Positions 17,601-25,023 of a stretch of 62,483 nt of DNA are shown here, piece by piece. Source of the DNA: an uncultured bacterium. Its GTDB lineage: Bacteria > Nitrospirota > Thermodesulfovibrionia > Thermodesulfovibrionales > CALJEL01. Under the pieces are notes generated by a model that worked only from the letters and a program-made list of their open reading frames with translations, made no database searches and was not told the DNA's origin. The first letter of the stretch is position 1. Every line of letters begins with the position of its first letter. A program made the translations under genes and the position numbers. The DNA lies in the NCBI GenBank assembly GCA_938074335.1, contig CALJEL010000044.1, forward strand, positions 1-62,483, read 5' to 3'.

Positions 17601-17986
17601 TCAAGACTCTTTGACCTTGCTATCAGGAGTGCATTCTGATAGAGTATGGAGAGATCCCTTCTTGCCTCCTGCTGACGCCTCACAAGCTCCCAGAGAAACC
17701 ATGCGCTTGTTCCTTCTATAATCTCAACAGGATAGGGAAAGCTCTGTCTTATATAATCAGAAACCCTGGGACTACCTGTAGCATTGATAATTATGTGGGG
17801 ATTTCTGGTTGATAATTCCTCTATTGAGTTTGCTATGTATATTCCATGAGTCCTTGCAATTGAAAGACCTGGTGCCTGGGGATCGGTATCTGTAATCCCT
17901 ACGACCCTGACATCACCATTTGCAATAAATACCTCAAGAAGACCTGCGCCTCCCTTGCCAGCACCGACAATCCCTATGTTGATCAT
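14687..17986 (-). CDS. Hybrid sensor: Rossmann-like N-domain - GAF - PAS - HisKA/HATPase - 2 receiver domains - degenerate GGDEF
   Basis: N-terminus INIGIVGAGKGGAG (dinucleotide-binding loop); a GAF-like block; PAS (DMIATTDNEGRIVKFSKGGERILGYTEEE); H-box SNMSHELRTPL; G-boxes DTGIGI and GTGLGL; receiver ILDIMLPGKDG; GGDEF domain reading RGSDVVCRYGEDAF. Confidence 0.9.
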   Translation of the reverse strand: MINIGIVGAGKGGAGLLEVFIANGDVRVVGITDTDPQAPGLSIARTHGIYIANSIEELSTRNPHIIINATGSPRVSDYIRQSFPYPVEIIEGTSAWFLWELVRRQQEARRDLSILYQNALLIARSKSLEEVLESILISAMALTETPAGSISLIEGEEMVMAAHKGLSEEFFRQKRWRPRPEGLSRYILGQREPVEWEDILKDPLFEGTNIKKEGIRALLASPLLLDGGVVGILYLDDFKPRKFTDRHKKLIQLFSAFAAHAIEKFRLIHELDESLAYLQAVFEDSQDMIATTDNEGRIVKFSKGGERILGYTEEEIRGKDAAELYVNPEERKRIMEILNERDALFNYETQVLRKDGRPVDISLTISRLRDRDGNIIGTVGISKDITEEKRLREELARKNRELEELNEQLEEKVLERTRELEKINEELKRANQAKARFISNMSHELRTPLTSILGYSELFLDKTYGDINETQERYIKHIMQAGKHLLHLVNNILDLAKIETGKITLVSDTLSIPDLINEIVFVMKPQADKKSISINVRISTDVSDFVADMVKMKQILYNLLSNAVKFTPEGGNVGIEAEYVISPFPWAPSGRKFLKITVWDTGIGIPEEHKERIFEEFEQLDPSRAIEGTGLGLPMTKKLVELHGGYIDLESLPQRGTRFHVYLPSAAPELIETLKKKISQPEFEKESPLVIIAEDEPSTAELIGIYLKEGGYRVEYARDGIEALRLVRELQPFAVILDIMLPGKDGWEVLQALKGDPSTSDIPVIIHSILEERELAFALGATDYIVKPADKALFLKKLGELSYLHKRKRLPVNIFVVTEDDRCRTNLKEMTESEGFIFHHYRDPEEALKASLMIRPHVVIVDLTMGEAIASFIQSLRETPATKDALIFGLADSDLPMDERIKVTGLIERLLSKDALSSKELLSHLRELELLYPKRAGLIDEITGLFNFRYFQLRLAQECLRSRRYKIPLVISLIDIDHFAHYVSKQGIYHGNIVLKKIAEILKKNLRGSDVVCRYGEDAFVIIFTNTLPEPALQISRRFLNMIREYPFIHEEIQPKGKFTVSIGVAEFRGQSPEELLHCAERALRLAKEKGRDRVEMVS

Positions 17987-18023
17987 CCTTATTCCCCCAT
18001 CTTTATCCTCTTTTCTAATCCAC

Positions 18024-18051
18024 AGGGGTGCAATCCCTGAATTGCACCCCT
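18024..18051 (-). terminator. Perfect 11-bp hairpin downstream of the HesB/IscA gene (possible terminator, no U-tract)
   Basis: AGGGGTGCAAT-CCCTGA-ATTGCACCCCT lies between the stop at 18070 and the next start at 17986. Confidence 0.35.
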
Positions 18052-18069
18052 TCAGTTATCTTTAAATAA

Positions 18070-18387
18070 TCATCCACAGCTGCAACCAGGACCACAGGAA
18101 GATGCCCCACCACCTGAAAGGACAAATCCCTGTCTCTGACCATCATCAATAAAGTCAAGGACCATCTCATTGAGATTCATGAAGGTCTCCCTGTCCATAA
18201 ATATCCTTAGGCCATTCTTTTCTATTACCTCATCTGTCTCAGAAGCCCTTTCATCAATATCCATACCATAGGATGGTCCACAGCACCCTCCATCTATCCT
18301 GAATATCCTTAAACCCCATCCAGCTTTTCCCTCTGCTGTGAGAACCTCCTTTATCTTTTCTGCTGCAATATCTGATACTGTAAACAT
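18070..18387 (-). CDS. Iron-sulfur cluster insertion/assembly protein, HesB/IscA/ErpA family
   Basis: 105 aa. FTVSDIAAEKIKEVL at the N-terminus, GCCGPSYGM, and a C-terminal cysteine cluster CGPGCSCG. Confidence 0.8.
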   Translation of the reverse strand: MFTVSDIAAEKIKEVLTAEGKAGWGLRIFRIDGGCCGPSYGMDIDERASETDEVIEKNGLRIFMDRETFMNLNEMVLDFIDDGQRQGFVLSGGGASSCGPGCSCG

Positions 18388-18506
18388 CTGTCCTCCTTTT
18401 AAGATTTTTAAGCAACCTCACTGTTACTTTGCGACCGAAAAGTCGCATTATTAAAATACCTGATTGATGCTTTAAAAAGCAACTTTGTCACCTTTGACTC
18501 TATTTT

Positions 18507-18848
18507 GCCATTAGAAAACCGGCAGTCTGCCTCAAAGTCTTCTTAGACCAGCAGAGCAGTAGTGCAGTAGTTTTTATTAAGGAATTTTTTTAATTATTTA
18601 ACTGCTGCGCTGCTGCTCTACTGCTCTGTTATTGTCTGTTGCTCTGCTGCTCTGTTGCTCTGTTATTGCCTGCTGCTCTACTGCTCTATTAAGGTGTCGC
18701 AGGCGGGGTCCCCAGAAAGTCATTAGATTTTCTGGGGTGTTAGTATTGCCTTTAGAGCACGGACTGAAGACAAGCTTCATCCCGTGAACCCCGAAATAAC
18801 GGCATCTGCCAGTTTTGTTGAAGGGGTTATCAGAAATTTCTATTGGCA
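18507..18848. repeat. Composite hairpin repeat element, copy R4, with a ~90-nt insert
   Basis: GCCATTAGAAAACCGGCAGTCTGCCTCAAAGTCTTCTTAGACCAGCAGAGCAG ... TTAAGGTGTCGCAGG [insert 18704-18793] ... CTGCCAGTTTTGTTGAAGG..AGAAATTTCTATTGGC. The listed ORF 18598..18867 lies inside it and is low complexity. Confidence 0.85.
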
Positions 18849-18855
18849 TTTGGGC

Positions 18856-18885
18856 TTGACAAAGCATACAGGATTTTTTGATAAT
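18856..18885 (+). promoter_or_regulatory. Candidate sigma70-type promoter for slp, implying a leaderless or near-leaderless mRNA
   Basis: TTGACA (18856-18861), an 18-nt spacer, then GATAAT (18880-18885). The ATG at 18894 is 8 nt after the -10 element and no Shine-Dalgarno sequence intervenes. Confidence 0.35.
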
Positions 18886-18893
18886 TAATCATA

Positions 18894-19382
18894 ATGAAAA
18901 ATATTCTTATAGTTTTCTTCTTGATATCAACATTTCTGTTTTCCTCCTGCGGGCATGTGGTGCCAGAGGAGCTGAGAAATCAGATTGACAGGTCTGTAAC
19001 AGCAGAGATACTCTTTAAAGATCCTGAGGCATATAAAGGAAAGACAGTCATGCTCGGCGGTCTTATCCTTGCTACCGCAAACGCAAAGGATGCCACCTAT
19101 ATAGAGGTCCTTGAGAGACCCCTTGATGGAAGAGGAAGACCAGAGGATACAGACCTATCAAGGGGAAGGTTCATGATTAAATATGAAGGTTATCTTGACC
19201 CTGCCATATACACAAAAGGAAAAATGCTCACAGCAGTGGGAGAAGTCTCGGGTGTGATACCTGGAAAGATCGGAGAGATGGAATATAAATATCCCCTTAT
19301 TACCTCAAAAAACCTCTACCTCTTTGAAAAGACCAGGGATATACCTGTGAGATTCGGGATCGGGATATTTAAGAGCTTTTAA
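18894..19382 (+). CDS. Slp-family outer-membrane lipoprotein
   Basis: Lipobox LFSSC. The block YKGKTVMLGGLILATANAKDATYIEVLERPLDGRGRP...SRGRFMIKYEGYLDPAIY..GKMLTAVGEV matches the Slp pattern. Confidence 0.8.
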   Translation: MKNILIVFFLISTFLFSSCGHVVPEELRNQIDRSVTAEILFKDPEAYKGKTVMLGGLILATANAKDATYIEVLERPLDGRGRPEDTDLSRGRFMIKYEGYLDPAIYTKGKMLTAVGEVSGVIPGKIGEMEYKYPLITSKNLYLFEKTRDIPVRFGIGIFKSF

Positions 19383-19391
19383 GGGATACCA

Positions 19392-19484
19392 TAGTAGTGA
19401 ATTAGTATGCAAGTGAGCTAAAGTAGTGAGGTAGTATGCAAGTGAATTAGTGAGTTAGGATTTTCTAATTCACTAATTCACTAA
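19392..19484. repeat. Short composite hairpin repeat, copy R5
   Basis: TAGTGAATTAGTATGCAAGTGAGCTAAAGTAGTGAGGTAGTATGCAAGTGAATTAGTGAGTTAGGA pairs with CTAATTCACTAATTCACTAA. It sits between convergent genes, and the TAG stop of the minus-strand gene (19481-19483) lies inside the last word. Confidence 0.8.
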
Positions 19485-20506
19485 TCCCTTGTCAATCTCC
19501 TGATTTCTCTGAGCCACCATGGTAAAAGTATGAACCTCACAAGTATACCGAGTATTACAAGGATCAGTCCTGCTCCGATAACATAGACACCTTTATCCCT
19601 CACCACCTCAAGAAGGACCCAGTAGGTATGTCCTGTAACATTAAGGCTGTAGCCATCAAATTTCAATGGATATCTTGAATCACCCTCTGTTATAAGTGTC
19701 CCTGCCTCCTGCGGATTTTTGACCCTGAAAACCTTTATTTCGTAAAATCTATCATTAAGGTCATACTCCTTTGCCGTGATATCACCCCTTTTGATCTCCC
19801 TTGATGGAAGGAGTTTCATGGTAATCCTGTAGGGAAGACCTTCAAGGATCACATAATCTATATTGCCTGCTGGCAGAATCTGGAGGGCAAGGTCTCCTTT
19901 CATAACGACTCTACCAGATGAATCCCTTATCTCAATAGATGGTGCAATATTAAAATTAAGGATATGAAAGAATGTGCCATCAATCCTTTGAGGCGGAAAG
20001 ACCCCAACCCTATAGGTATCCTTAAAATCAGTAAGCAATACCACAGGTTCTCTTGTAAATACAGGTGATGGTGATTCCTGCTCTATGTCAAGAAACCTCT
20101 CCTTAATGGATGGCTTTACATCCATCACACCGAATCTCTTTTGAGACCAGGGGATCTGAAATATATCTTCCTTTCCTGTGAGTATCCTTGTATCCATCCT
20201 CATGGAGGCACTCAAAAAAAATCCTGTTAGAAAGACAATCATACCTGCTGGCAGGATAAACCAGAGGAAAGCGAAAAAAGGGGCCTTTTTTATCCTCTGC
20301 CTGAACTTATAAATCATCTCAATACCGAGGAGCATAATAAAGGCCACAAAAAGAACCTGCCAGATAATATTCCTTCCAAGGCCAGAGACAAATCCTGCAA
20401 AGGCCTCTTTTGACCAGGTACTCCATGTAAGATAATAAATCAGCCATGCCCATACCATGAGCCTTCTTAATTTAATAACCTTATCAATCTTTAAAGGCCC
20501 TCTCAT
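19481..20506 (-). CDS. Integral membrane protein with a large extracytoplasmic domain (ResB-like topology)
   Basis: Several N-terminal TM helices, a ~200-aa soluble region and one C-terminal TM (VYVIGAGLILVILGILVRFILL). A 4-nt overlap links it to the upstream DUF2318 gene. The family assignment is tentative. Confidence 0.6.
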   Translation of the reverse strand: MRGPLKIDKVIKLRRLMVWAWLIYYLTWSTWSKEAFAGFVSGLGRNIIWQVLFVAFIMLLGIEMIYKFRQRIKKAPFFAFLWFILPAGMIVFLTGFFLSASMRMDTRILTGKEDIFQIPWSQKRFGVMDVKPSIKERFLDIEQESPSPVFTREPVVLLTDFKDTYRVGVFPPQRIDGTFFHILNFNIAPSIEIRDSSGRVVMKGDLALQILPAGNIDYVILEGLPYRITMKLLPSREIKRGDITAKEYDLNDRFYEIKVFRVKNPQEAGTLITEGDSRYPLKFDGYSLNVTGHTYWVLLEVVRDKGVYVIGAGLILVILGILVRFILLPWWLREIRRLTRD

Positions 20507-21831
20507 TCTCTGCTAACCCCTGAATGAACGAGTCTCCATTTCTTCAATATCTCTTCAACCTCTATCTTTATCTCTTTTTCTGTCATTATGTAACCTACAG
20601 GTATGGGATTACAGCCTCCTGGCTCACCAACTGTATTGAAAGGAATTGGTGTATTACAGTAAATACATATAAGATGTTGCCTTGCCTGTCCATATCCTTC
20701 AGGAGGACATATCTCACAGGCATCAAGGCATACAGAGAATTTACCATCAGGTCTTTTAAATATAAAGAATCTATAAGTCTTTTCATCTTTCCTGAGGATA
20801 AATTTATGAATGTTGCCATCGCCGAGCTCACGGCCAGGCTCTTTTAATTTAATTATTACAAATCCCTCCTCCTCTACCACTGGAACAGGCTGCGGTATAT
20901 AAAGCCCGGGACCTGATTCAGCCTTGAAGAACCAGAAGAAAGAAACCATGAGTGCAAATAAAAAGATCGGGAAAGCCCTTTTCCTATTCAGGAGCATAAA
21001 CTCATGGATATATTTTCTCCTTTCCGCTCCTTTAAGACCTTCAGGGACCTCTTCTGGTCTTTTCAAAAGCCTTAAGACAATCACCAGAGGTGGAATTACA
21101 AGGATGCAGAGTGTTGCTATCATTGTAAAAGCTTCTCCAAAGATAAGGCCAATAAAGTTCCATACTGTGGTCTTGAGCAAAGGATGGTCAGGAACCATGA
21201 AAAATACAAAGAGCTGGTGCACGAGGTCATGAAAGAATTTCATGAGCCCCCTCTGGACTGCTGGTATAAGGGAAAGCTCAGCATATCCTCCGGTGCCTCC
21301 AAGAAGGAGTTTTATTGCTGAGAGGCTGAAAAAAAGGCCTGTAAGGGATAAATAGGGAGAAAGCCCTGACCTTATCTTTTTTTCAAAAAATAATAAAGAA
21401 AGACCTGAGAGAAATCCTGTTATTCCTGCTATGTATGCTCCGGTAAAGTTCTGCCTCATTGCTGATAGATCCTTGAGAAAAAAGGAAAGGCTCATTACAT
21501 CAGGACCATAAAGGAGCATTATAAGGAAGATATAGAATAATCTAAACTCCCTCTTCAAAGACCATCCAGATGAAAAAATAGCGGTTATCAAAAGGAGACC
21601 GAACATATAGGCAGAGACCCTTCTTATCTGGTCTTTGTAAAAGGCATCAAATTCAATAAAAGTGCCAGCAATAAAGAGGAGCATAAACCATAATATTAAA
21701 ATAAACAGATGAACAGGGCCTGTTTCTTTATTTTTTGAGCTGAGATAGGAATTAATAACAAGCCAAGAGGCACTTATTGCAATTGTACCCTTTATCGAAC
21801 CTATAAATGCCTCAGGAATGAAAAGACTCAT
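20503..21831 (-). CDS. Polytopic membrane protein with a C-terminal Cys-rich DUF2318 domain
   Basis: About 8 TM helices, then FSVCLDACEICPPEGYGQARQHLICIYCNTPIPFNTVGEPGGCNPIP, which is the DUF2318 cysteine pattern. Confidence 0.75.
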   Translation of the reverse strand: MSLFIPEAFIGSIKGTIAISASWLVINSYLSSKNKETGPVHLFILILWFMLLFIAGTFIEFDAFYKDQIRRVSAYMFGLLLITAIFSSGWSLKREFRLFYIFLIMLLYGPDVMSLSFFLKDLSAMRQNFTGAYIAGITGFLSGLSLLFFEKKIRSGLSPYLSLTGLFFSLSAIKLLLGGTGGYAELSLIPAVQRGLMKFFHDLVHQLFVFFMVPDHPLLKTTVWNFIGLIFGEAFTMIATLCILVIPPLVIVLRLLKRPEEVPEGLKGAERRKYIHEFMLLNRKRAFPIFLFALMVSFFWFFKAESGPGLYIPQPVPVVEEEGFVIIKLKEPGRELGDGNIHKFILRKDEKTYRFFIFKRPDGKFSVCLDACEICPPEGYGQARQHLICIYCNTPIPFNTVGEPGGCNPIPVGYIMTEKEIKIEVEEILKKWRLVHSGVSRE

Positions 21832-22474
21832 CCTTTATTATCCTTCCATCCTCCATTGTAAGAAGCCTTTTGCCCCAGCCTGCTACATAGGGGTCATGGG
21901 TCACAAGGACTATGGTAAATCCTTCGTTACTGTGAAGCTCTCCAAGAAGCTCAAGAATGACTCTTGTATTTTCCCTATCAAGATTTCCTGTTGGTTCATC
22001 AGCAAGTAGTACCTTTGGAGAATTAATTAATGCCCTTGCAATACATACCCTCTGCTGTTCACCTCCTGAGAGTTCAGAGGGTCTGTGATGAAGCCTGTGA
22101 CTCAGACCAACCCTTTTTAATGCCTCAGCAGCCTCCTTTTCATCTACAATACTATGGAAATACTGGGCAAGCATAACATTCTCAAGGGCTGTCAGATAGG
22201 GTATAAGATAGGATTGCTGGAAGATAAAACCGATATTTTCCCTTCTGAAGACAGCAAGCTCATCCTCCTTCATCGTGGTTATTTCCTTTCCATCATAACT
22301 CACAGAGCCCTCAGTGGGATAGTCAAGTCCTCCCAGGATATTCAATAAAGTAGATTTTCCAGAGCCTGAGGGTCCCATTATAGAGAGCCATTCATTATCC
22401 TGAATATCCATATCAACTCCCCTTAAAGCAACCGCAGAGGGATAGACCTTTTTAAGACCCCTTACCTTTATCAT
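21812..22474 (-). CDS. ABC transporter ATP-binding protein (LolD/MacB-type)
   Basis: Walker A GPSGSGKST, Q-loop, signature LSGGEQQRV, Walker B LLADEPTGNLD, H-loop VTHD. Confidence 0.92.
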   Translation of the reverse strand: MIKVRGLKKVYPSAVALRGVDMDIQDNEWLSIMGPSGSGKSTLLNILGGLDYPTEGSVSYDGKEITTMKEDELAVFRRENIGFIFQQSYLIPYLTALENVMLAQYFHSIVDEKEAAEALKRVGLSHRLHHRPSELSGGEQQRVCIARALINSPKVLLADEPTGNLDRENTRVILELLGELHSNEGFTIVLVTHDPYVAGWGKRLLTMEDGRIIKDESFHS

Positions 22475-23556
22475 ATCTCTCCTCTTAAAATAATTGATGG
22501 TCTGTAGGCTGTAATCCTCATGATTGGTGCAATTGCAGAGGCAACAGAAAGCATAAGGCCTGAAGATATGGCAAGAGGAATGGAGAAAAGAGGAACAGCC
22601 ACTGCCCTCTGAAAGGCACTTAGGGCTATGAGCTCAGCAGAAGCAGTACCCAGAAGATGACCTCCGAGAGAACCAAGTAATCCGGTAATAATTGCCTCAA
22701 CTATAAAGAATGCCTGTATCTGCCTGTTTGTGGCTCCCATTGTCTTCATAAGTGCTATGTCTGTGAGTCTTTCAAATATGGTAGCAGCCATTATCCCACC
22801 CACTGTTATAACCGAGGCAACCACCACAACAACAGCAACAACAAAAAGGAGAAACTCTATCTTTTTAAGTAATGATTCCTCTGAAAGGGCTATCTGTCTT
22901 ACAGGCTTTATTTCGAGCTCTGGAAATTCCTTTTTGAGATTCTCCATTGTTAGCTCAAAGACAGCTGGGTTGACCCTTAGCATTATGATACTGACCTTAT
23001 TTTCCAGACCGAGAAGTTTCTGCAATTCCTTCAGCTCCATAATAAGGGCATTATCTTCAGAGCCTACCTTTTCAAATATGCCTGAGAGCTTAAATTTCAT
23101 CTCCTCACTTCCGCAGGGAATTGATAGGCCTATCTCATGACCTGTTTTCAGTTCTCCTGCTTTTGCCAGCCTGCTACCTGCAAGGACAGAACCCTTCTGT
23201 ACCTCTCCAGTGACCCTCATCCTTTTCATATCCTCAAGGCGCATCCCGATCACATTAATATACACTCCTTTAAAACAGGCCCTTCCATAGAGTTCTGGCA
23301 GGACCTCATCTATTGCATTAATACCAGAGAGCCTTTGAACTATCTCTTCATTAATATAATCAGGGGAGGTAATGAGGGCATTTGCACCATAGGCCTTCAA
23401 TTCTTCAGAAAGTCTTTCTCTCATACCTTTACTTAAAATAATCATGGAAATAAGTAATCCTACAGAAAGGGAGACTGCGAAGACCATGAGAAAGATCCTC
23501 TGTAGCCTTTCCTTTATTGCCTTTCCTGTAAAGAAAAAGAGTGTGCGATATCTCAT
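22471..23556 (-). CDS. ABC transporter permease, FtsX/MacB-like
   Basis: An N-terminal TM, a periplasmic MacB-PCD-like region, and a C-terminal FtsX block (LMKTMGATNRQIQAFFIVEA). Confidence 0.85.
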   Translation of the reverse strand: MRYRTLFFFTGKAIKERLQRIFLMVFAVSLSVGLLISMIILSKGMRERLSEELKAYGANALITSPDYINEEIVQRLSGINAIDEVLPELYGRACFKGVYINVIGMRLEDMKRMRVTGEVQKGSVLAGSRLAKAGELKTGHEIGLSIPCGSEEMKFKLSGIFEKVGSEDNALIMELKELQKLLGLENKVSIIMLRVNPAVFELTMENLKKEFPELEIKPVRQIALSEESLLKKIEFLLFVVAVVVVVASVITVGGIMAATIFERLTDIALMKTMGATNRQIQAFFIVEAIITGLLGSLGGHLLGTASAELIALSAFQRAVAVPLFSIPLAISSGLMLSVASAIAPIMRITAYRPSIILRGEI

Positions 23557-24794
23557 TCCATACCCTTAAGCACAATGGCAGGTTTTAAGGAGAGCGATCT
23601 CCTGAGTGGCAGAAAGGCACCAGCAATGGTCATAAAAATCCCGATTAGAAGTGCAATGGGTAGGAGAAGAACCCTGTTTTCCAGACCTGTGCCAAAAACC
23701 TCCTTACCAATAATATCAGAAAGGAATAATGAAAGGAGGAATCCACCAAGAGATGCCAGAACAGTAACTGCTGCTACACCTGAAAGAAGAAGCAGGCTTA
23801 TCTTCAGCCCTCCGCCACCCAGGGCCTTCATAAGTCCTATCTCCCTTGACCTCTTTAAAAAAGAGCTCATCAGTGCAGCAGATAGGCCCATTGCACTGGC
23901 AAGAAGGGTTATCAGACTGAGGAGATACACTGCAAGCTTTAATTTCCTTAGGATATTACCCTCAGCCTCTGCAACCCTCCATACAGGTCTTGCAGAGGAG
24001 CCCCTGATAACCTCCTCTATCTGTTTTGCAATGGATGTTACATATCCGGTACAGTACCATTTTTCATATTCTGCTGGTGTCATCTTTGAAGGGTCTTTAT
24101 AGGCAAATTCATCCATTGGTGTTGTGAGGGCACTTATCCATATGTAAGAAACCCTTCCAGCAAGTCCTTTTATTCTCTGCATCTCTTCAAGGGACATCAC
24201 AATAAAATCGTCCTCTCTTGAACCTGTGCTCAGTATCCCGGTAATGGTAAACACCTCTTTTCCAAAAGTAACCGTATCACCGATCTTTAAACCCAGTCTT
24301 CCTGCAAGGGCTGAACCAAAAAGGCATTCTCTTTTAAGAGGAAGCCTTCCATCCACATACCACCATGATACTACAGTGAATACACCTGTCTTCATGAAGC
24401 CTTTCTCTCCTGGAACAGGAAGCTCTTTGTCAAACCATGTGCCAAGGCCATTAAACTTATAAGCCTTACCATTAATATTACCATCAAGAGTTGCTTCAAG
24501 AAACGGTGCTATGCCAATGATATTATGCCTCCAGAAGATGGTCTTTACCCTGGGGATATCTGATTCCATGAGATAATGAGGCTGTCCTGCCAGGCTCATG
24601 AGACCCTTTACCTCAGGCTCAACAATTATATTTGCACCAAAGGACCTCAATTCCCTTTTTACTTTGTCTTCAATCTCAAAGGAAAGGGAAAGCATGGTGG
24701 CTATAACAGCGGTACCAGCTACGGTGGAAAAGAATATCACGGTGACAGCCTTTTTTTCTTTTCTCAGGAAGTTTATTATGACCCTGAAAAACAT
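23553..24794 (-). CDS. ABC transporter permease, FtsX/MacB-like
   Basis: Same architecture as the neighbouring permease. FtsX block IGLMKALGGGGLKISLLLLSG. A 4-nt overlap links it to the next gene. Confidence 0.85.
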   Translation of the reverse strand: MFFRVIINFLRKEKKAVTVIFFSTVAGTAVIATMLSLSFEIEDKVKRELRSFGANIIVEPEVKGLMSLAGQPHYLMESDIPRVKTIFWRHNIIGIAPFLEATLDGNINGKAYKFNGLGTWFDKELPVPGEKGFMKTGVFTVVSWWYVDGRLPLKRECLFGSALAGRLGLKIGDTVTFGKEVFTITGILSTGSREDDFIVMSLEEMQRIKGLAGRVSYIWISALTTPMDEFAYKDPSKMTPAEYEKWYCTGYVTSIAKQIEEVIRGSSARPVWRVAEAEGNILRKLKLAVYLLSLITLLASAMGLSAALMSSFLKRSREIGLMKALGGGGLKISLLLLSGVAAVTVLASLGGFLLSLFLSDIIGKEVFGTGLENRVLLLPIALLIGIFMTIAGAFLPLRRSLSLKPAIVLKGME

Positions 24795-24811
24795 ATATTG
24801 ATTTTAACACA

Positions 24812-24947
24812 CCGTGCGGTATGCCTTACACCAGTCACCTCGCAGGTGAAGGAATTTTATAGGTGAAGTGGTGAAGTGGTGAGTCTATCGCACTGTCGCA
24901 CTACTAAGGTGTCGCTATAAGGGCATTCATACCGCATTCTATCGGCA
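24812..24947. repeat. Composite repeat element, copy R6 (short variant)
   Basis: CGTGCGGTATGCC...CACCTCGCAGGTGAAGG...GTGAAGTGGTGAAGTGGTGAG...TCGCACTGTCGCACTACTAAGGTGTCGC...GGCATTCATACCGCATTCTATCGGCA. It shares TAAGGTGTCGC and TTCTATCGGCA with the other copies. Confidence 0.7.
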
Positions 24948-24982
24948 TCAAAAGAGAATGGATAATTTCATGGCTTCTGGCA

Positions 24983-24991
24983 TGATATAAT
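24983..24991 (+). promoter_or_regulatory. Candidate extended -10 promoter element (TGATATAAT) upstream of the OmpA-like gene
   Basis: TGnTATAAT lies at 24983-24991, AGGAGG at 25013-25018 and the ATG at 25024. There is no good -35 element. Confidence 0.35.
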
Positions 24992-25023
24992 ATTTCAGGC
25001 CTATCTTTTAAAGGAGGTGCTTT

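Noticed and set aside
18758-18793. Hammerhead-like ribozyme core in the R4 insert (CTGAAGA ... GAAA)
   Set aside because: The conserved CUGAUGA box is not present on either strand (the sequence reads CTGAAGA). The helix arrangement does not place GAAA and a cleavage-site triplet correctly. It is kept only as a generic structured-RNA candidate.
18598-18867. Listed 89-aa ORF (minus strand) in the erpA-slp gap
   Set aside because: It lies entirely inside repeat copy R4. Its product is low complexity (AVEQQ repeats generated by GCAGCAGAGC words). It has no RBS.
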